The notes: generated by a model from the letters alone, not told the origin. Positions 44,991-54,141 are shown, numbered from the stretch's first letter. The stretch is 64,000 nucleotides of DNA from Thermoanaerobaculia bacterium (GCA_036395755.1 DASWCZ010000056.1:12074-76073); one strand, 5' to 3'. Translations and numbers: made by a program.

Positions 44991-46497
44991 CGAACTCGGC
45001 CTTCTCGAGCGTCTTCTTCACCGCTCCTAAGAAACGGTCGGCGTCGGCGCCGTCGATCAGGCGGTGATCGAAGGAGAGTGCCAGGAATCCCACGGTCCGG
45101 ATCGCGAGCGCGTCGTTGCCGTTCTCGTCGTTGACGACGACCGGGCGCTTCTCGATCGTCCCGACTCCCAGGATCCCGACCTGCGGTTGCGGAATGATCG
45201 GCGTTCCGAAGAGCGAGCCGAACACGCCCGGATTCGTCACGGTAAACGTGCCGCCCTGGATCTCTTCCGGCTTCAGTCGCTTCGTTCGAGCGCGCTCGGC
45301 GAGGTCCTGCCCCGCGCGGGCGAGACCGAGAATCGACTTCTCGTCGGCGTGCTTGATGACCGGCACGATCAGGCCCCAGTCGAGCGCTACCGCCATCCCC
45401 AGGTGGATGTCCTTGTGGTAGACGATGTTGTCGCCGTCGATCGAAGCATTGACTTGAGGGAACTCCTTCAAGGCCTGGATCGCGGCGCGGAAGATGAACG
45501 GCAGATACGTGAGCTTCACGCCGTTCTTCTCCAGGAACGCATCCTTGTGCCGCTCCCGCAGCTTCGCGATGTTCGTGTAATCGACCTGGAAGACCGTCGT
45601 GACGTGCGCCGACGTGCGCTTCGACAGGATCATGTTCTCGGCGGTGATCTTCCGGATCTTCGTCATCGGGACCACTTCGTCACGGTCTGTGACCGCGAGC
45701 GCGGGGCGCGGCGCGGGCTCGGCCGCCGGCAGACGCGCAGGCTGGCCGACCTGGGCCGGTGGCGCGCTCGGAGCGGAAGCGACCGACGCGACAGATCCCG
45801 CCGCCGGCGCTCCCGCGACCTTGCGGTTCTCCAGGAACGAGAGGATGTCGTTCTTCGTCACCCGGTTGTAGATTCCCGTTCCCTCGACCTCGCGGATGTC
45901 GAGGCCCTGTTCCTGCGCGATCTTTCGGACGAGCGGGGAGGAGCGCTGGCGAATCCTTTCCTCGATCGACTCGATCCGCGCGCCGGGGGGCTCGGCCGCC
46001 ACGGCGGCCGCGGGCTGCGGAGAAGTCGGCAGGGCGGCCGCCGGAGGGGTCGTCGGCTGCGGTCGAGAGGGTTGGAGCTCGGGTTCGGGCTCCGGTTGCT
46101 GAGCGGCAGCCGCGGGGGGAACCGGAGGTGCAGCCGCCTGCGTGGAAGGAGGAGTACTCGCGGGCGCGGCAGGGGGGGCTGCGGGCGCGGCCGGCGCCGG
46201 CTCCGGGGGCGCAGCCTCGGCCGGCTTTTGCGCCGCGGCGCCGGGGGTAACGGCCTCTGCCGCTTGACCGATCGAGCCGACGACCGTGTTGATCGGGACG
46301 GTCTCGCCTTCGCCGACCTTGATCTCGACGAGCGTCCCGGCGACCGGGGACGGAATCTCCGCGTCGACCTTGTCGGTGGAGATCTCGAAGATCGGCTCGT
46401 CTCTCTTGACGGGATCGCCCACCTTCTTCAGCCACTTGGTGATGGTGCCCTCGGCGATCGACTCGCCCATCTGGGGCATGATGATGTCCGTCGCCAT
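44980..46497 (-). CDS. 2-oxoacid dehydrogenase E2 component (dihydrolipoamide acyltransferase)
   Basis: Lipoyl domain MATDIIMPQMGESIAEGTITKWL...EISTDKVDAEIPSP, a Pro/Ala linker, a subunit-binding domain SSPLVRKIAQEQGLDI, and the catalytic DHRLIDGADADRF. ATG at 46497 lies 6 nt after GGAGGA. Confidence 0.9.
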   Translation of the reverse strand: MATDIIMPQMGESIAEGTITKWLKKVGDPVKRDEPIFEISTDKVDAEIPSPVAGTLVEIKVGEGETVPINTVVGSIGQAAEAVTPGAAAQKPAEAAPPEPAPAAPAAPPAAPASTPPSTQAAAPPVPPAAAAQQPEPEPELQPSRPQPTTPPAAALPTSPQPAAAVAAEPPGARIESIEERIRQRSSPLVRKIAQEQGLDIREVEGTGIYNRVTKNDILSFLENRKVAGAPAAGSVASVASAPSAPPAQVGQPARLPAAEPAPRPALAVTDRDEVVPMTKIRKITAENMILSKRTSAHVTTVFQVDYTNIAKLRERHKDAFLEKNGVKLTYLPFIFRAAIQALKEFPQVNASIDGDNIVYHKDIHLGMAVALDWGLIVPVIKHADEKSILGLARAGQDLAERARTKRLKPEEIQGGTFTVTNPGVFGSLFGTPIIPQPQVGILGVGTIEKRPVVVNDENGNDALAIRTVGFLALSFDHRLIDGADADRFLGAVKKTLEKAEFDLG

Positions 46498-46503
46498 CCA
46501 AGC

Positions 46504-46509
46504 TCCTCC
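46504..46509 (-). promoter_or_regulatory. Shine-Dalgarno GGAGGA for the E2 gene
   Basis: The reverse complement of 46504..46509 is GGAGGA, with 6-nt spacing to the ATG at 46497. Confidence 0.6.
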
Positions 46510-46706
46510 GCGAACGAGAATAGCATCGAAGCGCGCGAAATCTGACCAGCAGAAGCCGTTCGCCGGTTGAACTCGAAAGGAAACCATGTCGCCGATTCTC
46601 ACCCAGGGCTCGCGGATCCCGGTTTCCCGCGAGGAACACGCGCGGTTGAAAGCCCTGCTGGGAGGGGAAGACGGGAAAGCGTAGCCGCCCTCTCGCGCCC
46701 CCTTCG

Positions 46707-49184
46707 ATCCACAAATTCGGCGGAGCCTCGCTTCGCGACGCGGGCGCGCTCACTCATGCGCTCTCGATCGTCGAGAACGGAGACCGCCCCGCGGTGGTCG
46801 TGGTTTCGGCCTTCGCCGGAGTTACGGACGCGCTGCTCGCGCTCGCCGGAGATCTCTCCCGAGGCAACGACTCGGCGGTCCGCAGGACTGCCGCGGGCCT
46901 TCAGAAGAGGTACGAGCGCTCGGTGCGCGCGGTCGTTGACGCGGGCGACGTGCGGCAGAGCCTCCTGTCGCAAGTCCGGCGCGCCTTCGGCGAGCTCGAG
47001 GCTCTCCCGAGCGCTCCCCGGATGCTCCGGGAGCTCTCGCCTCGCTCGATCGACCAGCTCCTCGCCGCCGGGGAAGACCTGGCGGCGCGGATCTTCTCGG
47101 CCGGGCTCGCCGCGCGGGGAGTGCGGTCCGAATACGTGAGCGCGCTCGAGGTGGTCGCGACGGACGGCCGGCCGGGCCAGGCGTCGCCCGACCTCGCGTC
47201 GACGGATCGCCGCGCCCGGGCGAGGCTGCGGCCTCTTCTTTCGAAGGGCGCGGTCCCGGTCGTGCCCGGCTTTCTCGGAGCGGACGTCGAAGGGCGCGTC
47301 GTGACGCTCGGCCGGGGCGGATCGGACCTGACGGCGACTCTTCTCGGCCGGTCGCTCGCGGCGCGGTGGGTCATTCTCTGGAAGGACGTCCGCGGCTTCC
47401 TGACGGCCGACCCCCGCGTCGTACCGGACGCTCGCGTGATCCCGCAGTTGAACGTCCGCGAAGCCGCAGAGCTCGCCTATTACGGCGCGAAGGTTCTCCA
47501 CCCGCGTGCCCTGATTCCCGCTGGCCGGGCGCGGATCTTCGTCCGCCCCTTCGATCGGCCCGATGAGCCGGGCACGGAAATTTCCGGGCGGCGTACACTC
47601 GAGAAATATCCGGTCAAGGCCCTCTCGGCGATCTCGGGACAGGCACTCGTGACGGTGACCGGCAATGGGATGCTCGGGGTTCCAGGGATCGCCGCCCGGA
47701 CGTTCGGCGCCCTCCATCGCGAGGGCATCTCGGTGTCGCTCATCTCCCAGGCCTCTTCCGAGCACTCGATCTGTGCCGGGATTCCGGAAGCCCAGGCCGA
47801 CGCCGCGCAGAAGAGTCTTCTCGAGGCGTTCCGTGAGGAGGTTTCGCGCCGGGAGGTGGACGGCGTTGAAGTCCTGAGAGGTCTCGCCACGATCTCCGTC
47901 GTCGGCCTGGGGATGGCCGGAACTCCGGGCATCGCGGCGCGGGTCTTCAACGCGCTCGCGCCGGCCGGCATCAACGTCGTCGCAATCGCGCAGGGCTCCT
48001 CGGAGCTGAACATCTCCTTCGTCGTCGAGGCGGCGCGGTCGGGAGAAGCGCAGCGGCACATCCATGACGCCTTTCAGCTCTCGAAGATCGGCGGAGGGGG
48101 CGCCTCCGCCTCCGAGCACACGGACGTCGTGCTGCTCGGCTTCGGCCAGGTCGGGCGGACGCTGGCCGGCCTGATCGTGCGTTCTTCCCGGCGCACGAAG
48201 TTGCGCCTGGTCGGGGCGATCGATCGCGGCGGCTACGTGTTCCGGCCCGCGGGTCTTTCCTCCCGGGACGTGATGGACCTTGCGGGCTTGAAAGCCGGTG
48301 CGCGCTCGGTCTCGGAGAAACCACGCGGAGTTGCCGCCGGCGCGCGCGAGGCGATCGCTGCGCTCGCGGAGCACGCTCTCTCCCGGCCGATCTTGGTCGA
48401 CGTGACCGCCGGGAAGACCGGTCCTGTGCTCGAGGAAGCGGTCGCGTCCGGCTTCGATCTGGTGCTCGCGAACAAACGGCCGCTCTCCGGCCCTCGCGCC
48501 GAAGCGGAGAAGATCGAGAACGCGATCCGGGAAGGCGGGCGGCGCCTGCGATTCGAGGCCACGGTCGGAGCCGGGCTTCCGATCCTCGACACATACCGCA
48601 AGCTCGTCGAGTCAGGAGACCGTGTCGTAAAGATCGAAGGATGTCTCTCCGGCACGCTCGGCTTCCTCCTGTCGGAGATCGAGGCCGGGCGCCCCTTCTC
48701 GCGGAGCCTGCGCGAGGCGATCGGCCGTGGCTACACCGAGCCCGATCCCCGCGACGACCTCTCCGGAGCCGACGTCGGAAGGAAGGCCGTCATCCTCGGC
48801 CGCCTGCTCGGGTTCCGGGGCGAGCCGGAGGAGGTCGCGGTGGAACCGCTCGTTCCCCCGGCTTTCCGCAAGGTGTCTCTCGCGCGTTTCCTCGAGCGGC
48901 TCCCCGAGCTCGATCCCGATTGGGCAGCGCGGCTCGCCCGCGCCCGATCGCGAGAACGACGATTGCGTTACGTCGCGACGGTCACGCGCCGGAAGATCCG
49001 GGTGGGATTGGTCGAGGTCAGCACTGGCAGTCCGTTCGTCGGGCTGCGAGGCACCGACAACCAGGTCGCGTTCACGACGCTGCGCTACCGCGCAAACCCG
49101 CTCGTGATCCAAGGACCGGGAGCCGGCCTCGCGGTCACCGCGGCGGGGATCCTGAACGACGTGCTCGAGCTGGCGGGCGGGTGA
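46707..49184 (+). CDS. thrA: bifunctional aspartokinase / homoserine dehydrogenase; start codon uncertain (non-canonical)
   Basis: The aspartokinase signature IHKFGGASLRDAG...VVVVSAFAGVTD begins at 46707 (ATC). This is 29 codons upstream of the first in-frame canonical start (GTG 46794), and an in-frame stop lies at 46647. Downstream are ACT-like regions and a homoserine dehydrogenase domain (VVLLGFGQVGR, ...GAGLPILDT...). Confidence 0.88.
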   Translation: MHKFGGASLRDAGALTHALSIVENGDRPAVVVVSAFAGVTDALLALAGDLSRGNDSAVRRTAAGLQKRYERSVRAVVDAGDVRQSLLSQVRRAFGELEALPSAPRMLRELSPRSIDQLLAAGEDLAARIFSAGLAARGVRSEYVSALEVVATDGRPGQASPDLASTDRRARARLRPLLSKGAVPVVPGFLGADVEGRVVTLGRGGSDLTATLLGRSLAARWVILWKDVRGFLTADPRVVPDARVIPQLNVREAAELAYYGAKVLHPRALIPAGRARIFVRPFDRPDEPGTEISGRRTLEKYPVKALSAISGQALVTVTGNGMLGVPGIAARTFGALHREGISVSLISQASSEHSICAGIPEAQADAAQKSLLEAFREEVSRREVDGVEVLRGLATISVVGLGMAGTPGIAARVFNALAPAGINVVAIAQGSSELNISFVVEAARSGEAQRHIHDAFQLSKIGGGGASASEHTDVVLLGFGQVGRTLAGLIVRSSRRTKLRLVGAIDRGGYVFRPAGLSSRDVMDLAGLKAGARSVSEKPRGVAAGAREAIAALAEHALSRPILVDVTAGKTGPVLEEAVASGFDLVLANKRPLSGPRAEAEKIENAIREGGRRLRFEATVGAGLPILDTYRKLVESGDRVVKIEGCLSGTLGFLLSEIEAGRPFSRSLREAIGRGYTEPDPRDDLSGADVGRKAVILGRLLGFRGEPEEVAVEPLVPPAFRKVSLARFLERLPELDPDWAARLARARSRERRLRYVATVTRRKIRVGLVEVSTGSPFVGLRGTDNQVAFTTLRYRANPLVIQGPGAGLAVTAAGILNDVLELAGG

Positions 49185-50113
49185 GAACCGTCCGCGCTTT
49201 CGCACCGGGCACCGTCGCGAACCTCGGGCCCGGCTTCGACGTCCTTGGCCTTGCCGTCATGGGCGCGGGGGACACGGTGACGGCCGAGCGCGCCGCGGAC
49301 GGAGAGATCCGCATCCGTTCCTCCGGCCATCCGGAGATTCCGGTCGACGCCGAGCGGAACACGGCGGGCATCGCCGCCGCTCGCGTTCGGGAAAGAGCGG
49401 GGAGGACGGCGATCGGCTTCACGCTCGTCGTCGAAAAGGGCCTTCCTCTCTCGGGCGGGCAGGGAGGCAGCGCGGCGTCGGCGGTCGCGGCCGCGGTAGC
49501 GGTCAACGAGCTGCTCGGTTCTCCTTTCGGCAAGGAGGAGCTTCTGTTGCCGTGCCTGGAAGCGGAGACGGCGGTCGCCGGGCGGCACGCGGACAACGTC
49601 GCCGCGGCGCTCTATGGAGGCGTCGTCCTGATCCGGTCCCTGGAGCCGCTCGACGTGGTCCGGCTGCCGTTCCCCGACGAGCTCCGGATCGTCCTCGCGC
49701 ACCCGCGGCAGAGCCTGCGGACCGAGGAAGCCCGAGCGTGCCTTCCCCGCTCGGTCGACCTCGGCGTCGCGGTGGCACAGGCCGCGGGCGTCGGCGCTCT
49801 CGTCGCGGCGCTCGCCACCCGAGACTGGGACCTCCTGCGGCGATCGGTGGAGGATCGGGTTGCCGAGCCTGCGCGGGCGCCGCTCCTTCCGGGATTCGCG
49901 GAGGCGAAGTCCGCGGCTCTGGCGGCCGGCGCACTCGGCTGCTCGATCTCGGGGAGCGGACCTTCGTCGTTCGCTTTCGCGCTCGACGACGACTCGGGCA
50001 GGCGGATCGGCGAAGCGATGATCGCCGGTTACCGGTCCCGCGGGATCGAGGCGAGCACGCGGACCGGCGCGATCGACGGGCGCGGCGCCCGCGTCGTCGG
50101 GAGCGGGGAATGA
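49181..50113 (+). CDS. thrB: homoserine kinase
   Basis: APGTVANLGPGFD and GLPLSGGQGGSAASAVAA (GHMP kinase motif). GTG at 49181 overlaps the thrA stop as GTGA. Confidence 0.9.
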   Translation: MRTVRAFAPGTVANLGPGFDVLGLAVMGAGDTVTAERAADGEIRIRSSGHPEIPVDAERNTAGIAAARVRERAGRTAIGFTLVVEKGLPLSGGQGGSAASAVAAAVAVNELLGSPFGKEELLLPCLEAETAVAGRHADNVAAALYGGVVLIRSLEPLDVVRLPFPDELRIVLAHPRQSLRTEEARACLPRSVDLGVAVAQAAGVGALVAALATRDWDLLRRSVEDRVAEPARAPLLPGFAEAKSAALAAGALGCSISGSGPSSFAFALDDDSGRRIGEAMIAGYRSRGIEASTRTGAIDGRGARVVGSGE

Positions 50114-51408
50114 GCGGATCGGCCGCCGGCCCCTCGAGCTGGCAGGTCTGCGCGCGCTGCGGCAAGGATCTTCCGCTTTCGTTCGCGAAGAGTCAGTGCC
50201 CCGCGTGCGCGGCACTCCTCGAGGCGCGGCACCGGCCGCCCGAGCGGCGCGGTCGCGGGCTTCGCGAGCTCTTCGCGGAGCGTCGCGGGTCTGGCGAGCC
50301 GCTCGATGCCTCCGGCGTGTGGAGGTTCCGCGAGCTCGTCCTGCCGGACGCCGGCGCGGACGTCGTCACGCATCCGGAAGGCAACACGCCGCTCCTCTCG
50401 CTCGCCCCGGTCTCTCGCTGGACCGGCATCGCGGACCTCGCCCTCAAGCACGAAGGGCACAACCCGACCGGTTCGTTCAAGGACCGCGGGATGACCGTCG
50501 GGGTGACCGTCGCGAAGCGCATCGGGGCGCGGGCGGCCGCATGCGCTTCGACAGGGAACACTTCGGCTTCGCTGGCGGCTTATGCGGCGCTCGCGGAGAT
50601 TCCGGCGCTCGTCTTCGTTCCGGCGGGCCAGGTGGCGGCAGGCAAGCTCGCCCAGACGCTGGCGTACGGCGCGAAGACGCTCCTGGTTCGCGGCGACTTC
50701 GACGCCTGCTTCGCGCTGGCCCGCGAGGCGAGCGAGAAGCTGAACGTGTACCTTCTGAACTCCGTCAACCCGTTCCGCCTCGAGGGACAGAAGACGATCG
50801 TCTTCGAAGCACTCGAGCAGCTGGACTGGGAACCGCCGGACTGGATCGCGCTCCCGGCGGGCAACCTCGGCAATACCTCGGCGTTCGGAAACGCCCTTCG
50901 CGACGCGCGCGACCTGGGCCTGATCTCGCGCGTCCCCCGGCTCGCCGCCGTCCAGGCCGCGGGCGCGAACCCCTTCGCCCGCGGCTTCCGGGAGGGATTC
51001 GCGCGACGGCATCGCATGAAGGCGGAGACCGCGGCGACCGCGATCCGGATCGGCGACCCGGCCTCGTACGAGCGGGCCGTCGGCGCGATCCGCTCGACCA
51101 ACGGCGTCGTCACCGACGTGACCGACGACCAGATCCTCGAGGCGAAGGCCGTGGTCGACGCCTCGGGAGCGGGTTGTGAGCCGGCGAGCGCGGCGAGCGT
51201 CGCCGGCGTGAAGAAGCTCGTCGAACAGGGGGTGATCCGGCCGGGGGAGCGCGTCGTGGCGATCCTGACCGGGCACATCCTGAAAGATCCGGGCCTCCTT
51301 CTCCGATACCACATGGAGACCGATCCGCCTCCGTCCCGCGCCAACCGGCCCGTCGAGATCGAGCCCGCCCTGTCCGCCGTCGAGGAGGTCCTCGGAGACC
51401 GTCTTTGA
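50110..51408 (+). CDS. thrC: threonine synthase
   Basis: N-terminal Cys4 ribbon CARCG...CPAC and PLP-lysine motif HNPTGSFKDRG. ATG at 50110 overlaps the thrB stop as ATGA. Confidence 0.92.
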   Translation: MSGSAAGPSSWQVCARCGKDLPLSFAKSQCPACAALLEARHRPPERRGRGLRELFAERRGSGEPLDASGVWRFRELVLPDAGADVVTHPEGNTPLLSLAPVSRWTGIADLALKHEGHNPTGSFKDRGMTVGVTVAKRIGARAAACASTGNTSASLAAYAALAEIPALVFVPAGQVAAGKLAQTLAYGAKTLLVRGDFDACFALAREASEKLNVYLLNSVNPFRLEGQKTIVFEALEQLDWEPPDWIALPAGNLGNTSAFGNALRDARDLGLISRVPRLAAVQAAGANPFARGFREGFARRHRMKAETAATAIRIGDPASYERAVGAIRSTNGVVTDVTDDQILEAKAVVDASGAGCEPASAASVAGVKKLVEQGVIRPGERVVAILTGHILKDPGLLLRYHMETDPPPSRANRPVEIEPALSAVEEVLGDRL

Positions 51409-53120
51409 ACCGGGCGCTCGGCCGGCTGCTCGCCCGCCTCGAGGCTTCGAAGACGAAGCGGCCCGACGCGGGCGAGGCCCTCTTACTCCTGCGATCGCTC
51501 GAGCCTCGCGTGTTTCCGGACGCGGAGAGCCTTATCCGGTTTCACGAAGGGGTTCTCTTCCTGCGGGCACACCCGCACGATCGCGCGACGGAGCGTCGAG
51601 CGCAACGGATCCTGTCGCGCTTCGCGGATCGGGTCGAGGCCCTGGCGCGCTCCAGCGCCGACCTCGGACCCTTCGACCGGCCGGAGGTCTCCGGCATCGC
51701 CGGCACGGAGATCTCGACCGACTACTCCTTCGACGTCGTGCGCTGGCTGGCGAATCGGTTTCCGCGACTCGTCCGCCTCGACTGGGAGAGCGATGGCAGG
51801 GAGGATCGCCTTCGCGCTCTCTTCCCGCGGTTTCTGCCGCTCTTAAAGGAGGAGGCGCTCGAAGACGCCAACGTCCCCTATCTCGACTGGATGCGCGCCG
51901 CGCAGCCGGATCCGAAACTCGACCTCGCGTGGCTGATCGCTCGGCTGGACGCTCTCGCGACGTCCGAAGAAGAGCGCGCCGAACGGTATGAGGCGCTGAA
52001 GCTCCGGATCGTCTGGAGCCTCGGAAATGGTCGGGTGAGCCGCTCTCGGATGCTCCGCCGCGCGCCGCGGACCTTCTTCCATTCCGAGCCGCTGATCGCC
52101 CGGAGGGACGTCTCCCTCACGGAGGCGCTCGCGCGACCGGCGCTTTCGATCCGACGGGTCTCGCGGCGCGAAGGAGCGAGAGTCGTCGATTTCGCGCGCG
52201 GAGCGACCGCGCTCCGCTACCGCGAATATTACGGCTTCACGTACGCGGATCCGGCGTCGGTTCGCGCCGCCCGAGTCGGAAGGGGAGTCGAGATCTTCTT
52301 CATGGGTCTCGAAAAGGGGCGCCGGCTGCCGTTGCGCGCCGGGTTCGCCGCAATCGTCGTGAAGAACGGGGTTCCGGTCGGTTACGTCGAGGGGCTCGCG
52401 TTCTTCGAGCGGATCGAGATCGGGTTCAACATCTACTACACGTTTCGCGAAGGGGAGTCCGCGTGGATCTTCGGGCGGGTGTTGAAGCTCGTCAACCAGG
52501 TCTTGGGCGTCGCGTCGTTCTCGATCGATCCGTACCAGCTCGGGCACGAGAATCCCGAGGCGATCGATTCGGGCGCGTTCTGGTTCTACCGCAAGCTCGG
52601 GTTCCGTCCGACGTCGTCCTCGATCGCGAGGAAGATCGAGTCCGAAGAAAGAAAGATCGCGGGAAAGCCCGCGTACCGCTCGCCGCGGCGAGCGCTCCAG
52701 CGCCTGGTCACGCGCAACCTGCTCTATGAAATCGATCCGGCGCGGGCGGGGGAGTGGGATCGCTTCCACGTCCGCAACCTGGGCCTCGCCGTAGAGCGGC
52801 GGATGCGGCTCCGGTATGGCGGCGATCCGGAGGAAGCCCGCCGGCGGGCGACCTCGCGCGTCGCACGGTTGCTCGGAGGCACGGTGTCGAAGCGCGGAGC
52901 CTTCCCGGACCTGGCACTCGTGCTCGACCTCATTGCCGACCTGCCCGCGTGGACTTCCGGCGAGCGCGAAGCGCTCGCGGAGATCGCCCGAGCCAAGACG
53001 GGCCGCGAGGAGATCCGTTATCTGCGGCTGCTTCAGCGCCACGAGAGACTGCGGCGAGCACTGATCCGACTGGGGAGCGCCGAATACCCGACCAGCGGTC
53101 GATCCGTCTTTCGGGGGTGA
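51405..53120 (+). CDS. hypothetical 571-aa protein with GNAT-like C-terminal half
   Basis: TTG at 51405 overlaps the thrC stop as TTGA. No family recognised for the N-terminal ~300 aa. Residues ~330-430 (AAIVVKNGVPVGYVEG...IYYTFREGESAWIF...SGAFWFYRKLGFRP) look like a GNAT fold, with the characteristic F.Y.KLGF tail. Confidence 0.6.
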   Translation: MNRALGRLLARLEASKTKRPDAGEALLLLRSLEPRVFPDAESLIRFHEGVLFLRAHPHDRATERRAQRILSRFADRVEALARSSADLGPFDRPEVSGIAGTEISTDYSFDVVRWLANRFPRLVRLDWESDGREDRLRALFPRFLPLLKEEALEDANVPYLDWMRAAQPDPKLDLAWLIARLDALATSEEERAERYEALKLRIVWSLGNGRVSRSRMLRRAPRTFFHSEPLIARRDVSLTEALARPALSIRRVSRREGARVVDFARGATALRYREYYGFTYADPASVRAARVGRGVEIFFMGLEKGRRLPLRAGFAAIVVKNGVPVGYVEGLAFFERIEIGFNIYYTFREGESAWIFGRVLKLVNQVLGVASFSIDPYQLGHENPEAIDSGAFWFYRKLGFRPTSSSIARKIESEERKIAGKPAYRSPRRALQRLVTRNLLYEIDPARAGEWDRFHVRNLGLAVERRMRLRYGGDPEEARRRATSRVARLLGGTVSKRGAFPDLALVLDLIADLPAWTSGEREALAEIARAKTGREEIRYLRLLQRHERLRRALIRLGSAEYPTSGRSVFRG

Positions 53121-53163
53121 GGCCCGCCATCGGAAGCGAGGCCGGAAAGCGGGAAACGCTAAG

Positions 53164-54141
53164 ATGAACTCGGTGACACCGGTCGTTTCCGTCCTGATCG
53201 CTTCGGATCGCGTTCAGGGCTCTCTTTCTGACTGCCTCTCTTCGCTCGAGAGGCAGGAGAGGGCCCCGTCTTTCGAGGTCGTCGTCGCGTCGTCTTCCCC
53301 TCCGGCAACGGACGGGCTTTCCTTTCCTTGCGAGTGGGTCCGCGTCGAGACCCGCAACCCGGCGACCCGCCGAAACCTCGCGGCGGCCCGGGCGCGCGGC
53401 AGCGTCCTCGCCTTCTTGGACGACGACGCGCAGGCGGAGCCCCGGTGGCTGGAGGCGGGGGCGCGCGCTCTCGAGATCGCGGACTTCGTCGGCGGGCCCG
53501 ACGTTGCGCCTTCCGAGGCGCCGTATCTCGAGCGGGTCTCCGACCTTCTCCTCGCCACGCGCCGGATCGGCAGCGGCGTCCCGGCGCACGAGCGCGGCGC
53601 CCCTGGCGGGCCCGTTCGCGCGTCGCACGACATCGCCCTGTGCAACCTGTTCGTCCGCCGGGACGCCTTCGACGCAGTCGGGGGACTCGACGAGTCGCTC
53701 GGCTACGTCGGCGAGGACACCGACCTCGTTCACCGCGCGCTCGCGCTCGGCCTGCGCGTCCGGCTCGATCCGGCCGTCCGCGTGCGGCACCGGCGGCGCG
53801 CCTTTCCGGCGGGGTACCTCGCGCAACGCTGGCGCTACCGCGTCAAAACCGGCCGGCTCTTCGTCGAACGGCCCGGTCTCCATTCCCGCCGACGAATCGC
53901 CGCGTTTCTTTCGGCGGGTTTCCTCGCCACGGCGGGAACCGCCTCTTTCGGCCTGCCGTTTCTCGCGCCGGCGGCGATTCTCTATGCCCTTGCCACGTGG
54001 GCGCTTTCGTTCCCCATTTGGCGCCACGACCTGGCGCTCTTCCCCGCGATCCCCTTCGCGTTTGCGCTCCACCACTTGACGTACTTCGCCGGGCTTCTGG
54101 CCGGTATCGCGCGGGGCCTGCTCGCGGTCGCAGGACGTTGA
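53164..54141 (+). CDS. GT2 glycosyltransferase with C-terminal membrane region
   Basis: VSVLIASDR, AFLDDDA and GEDTDL are GT-A motifs. The C-terminal ~90 aa are hydrophobic. Confidence 0.8.
   Translation: MNSVTPVVSVLIASDRVQGSLSDCLSSLERQERAPSFEVVVASSSPPATDGLSFPCEWVRVETRNPATRRNLAAARARGSVLAFLDDDAQAEPRWLEAGARALEIADFVGGPDVAPSEAPYLERVSDLLLATRRIGSGVPAHERGAPGGPVRASHDIALCNLFVRRDAFDAVGGLDESLGYVGEDTDLVHRALALGLRVRLDPAVRVRHRRRAFPAGYLAQRWRYRVKTGRLFVERPGLHSRRRIAAFLSAGFLATAGTASFGLPFLAPAAILYALATWALSFPIWRHDLALFPAIPFAFALHHLTYFAGLLAGIARGLLAVAGR

Noticed and set aside
46794-46796. GTG 46794 (the start given by the ORF track) as the thrA initiation codon.
   Set aside because: It would remove the conserved aspartokinase KFGG nucleotide-binding N-terminus, which is encoded in frame from 46707.
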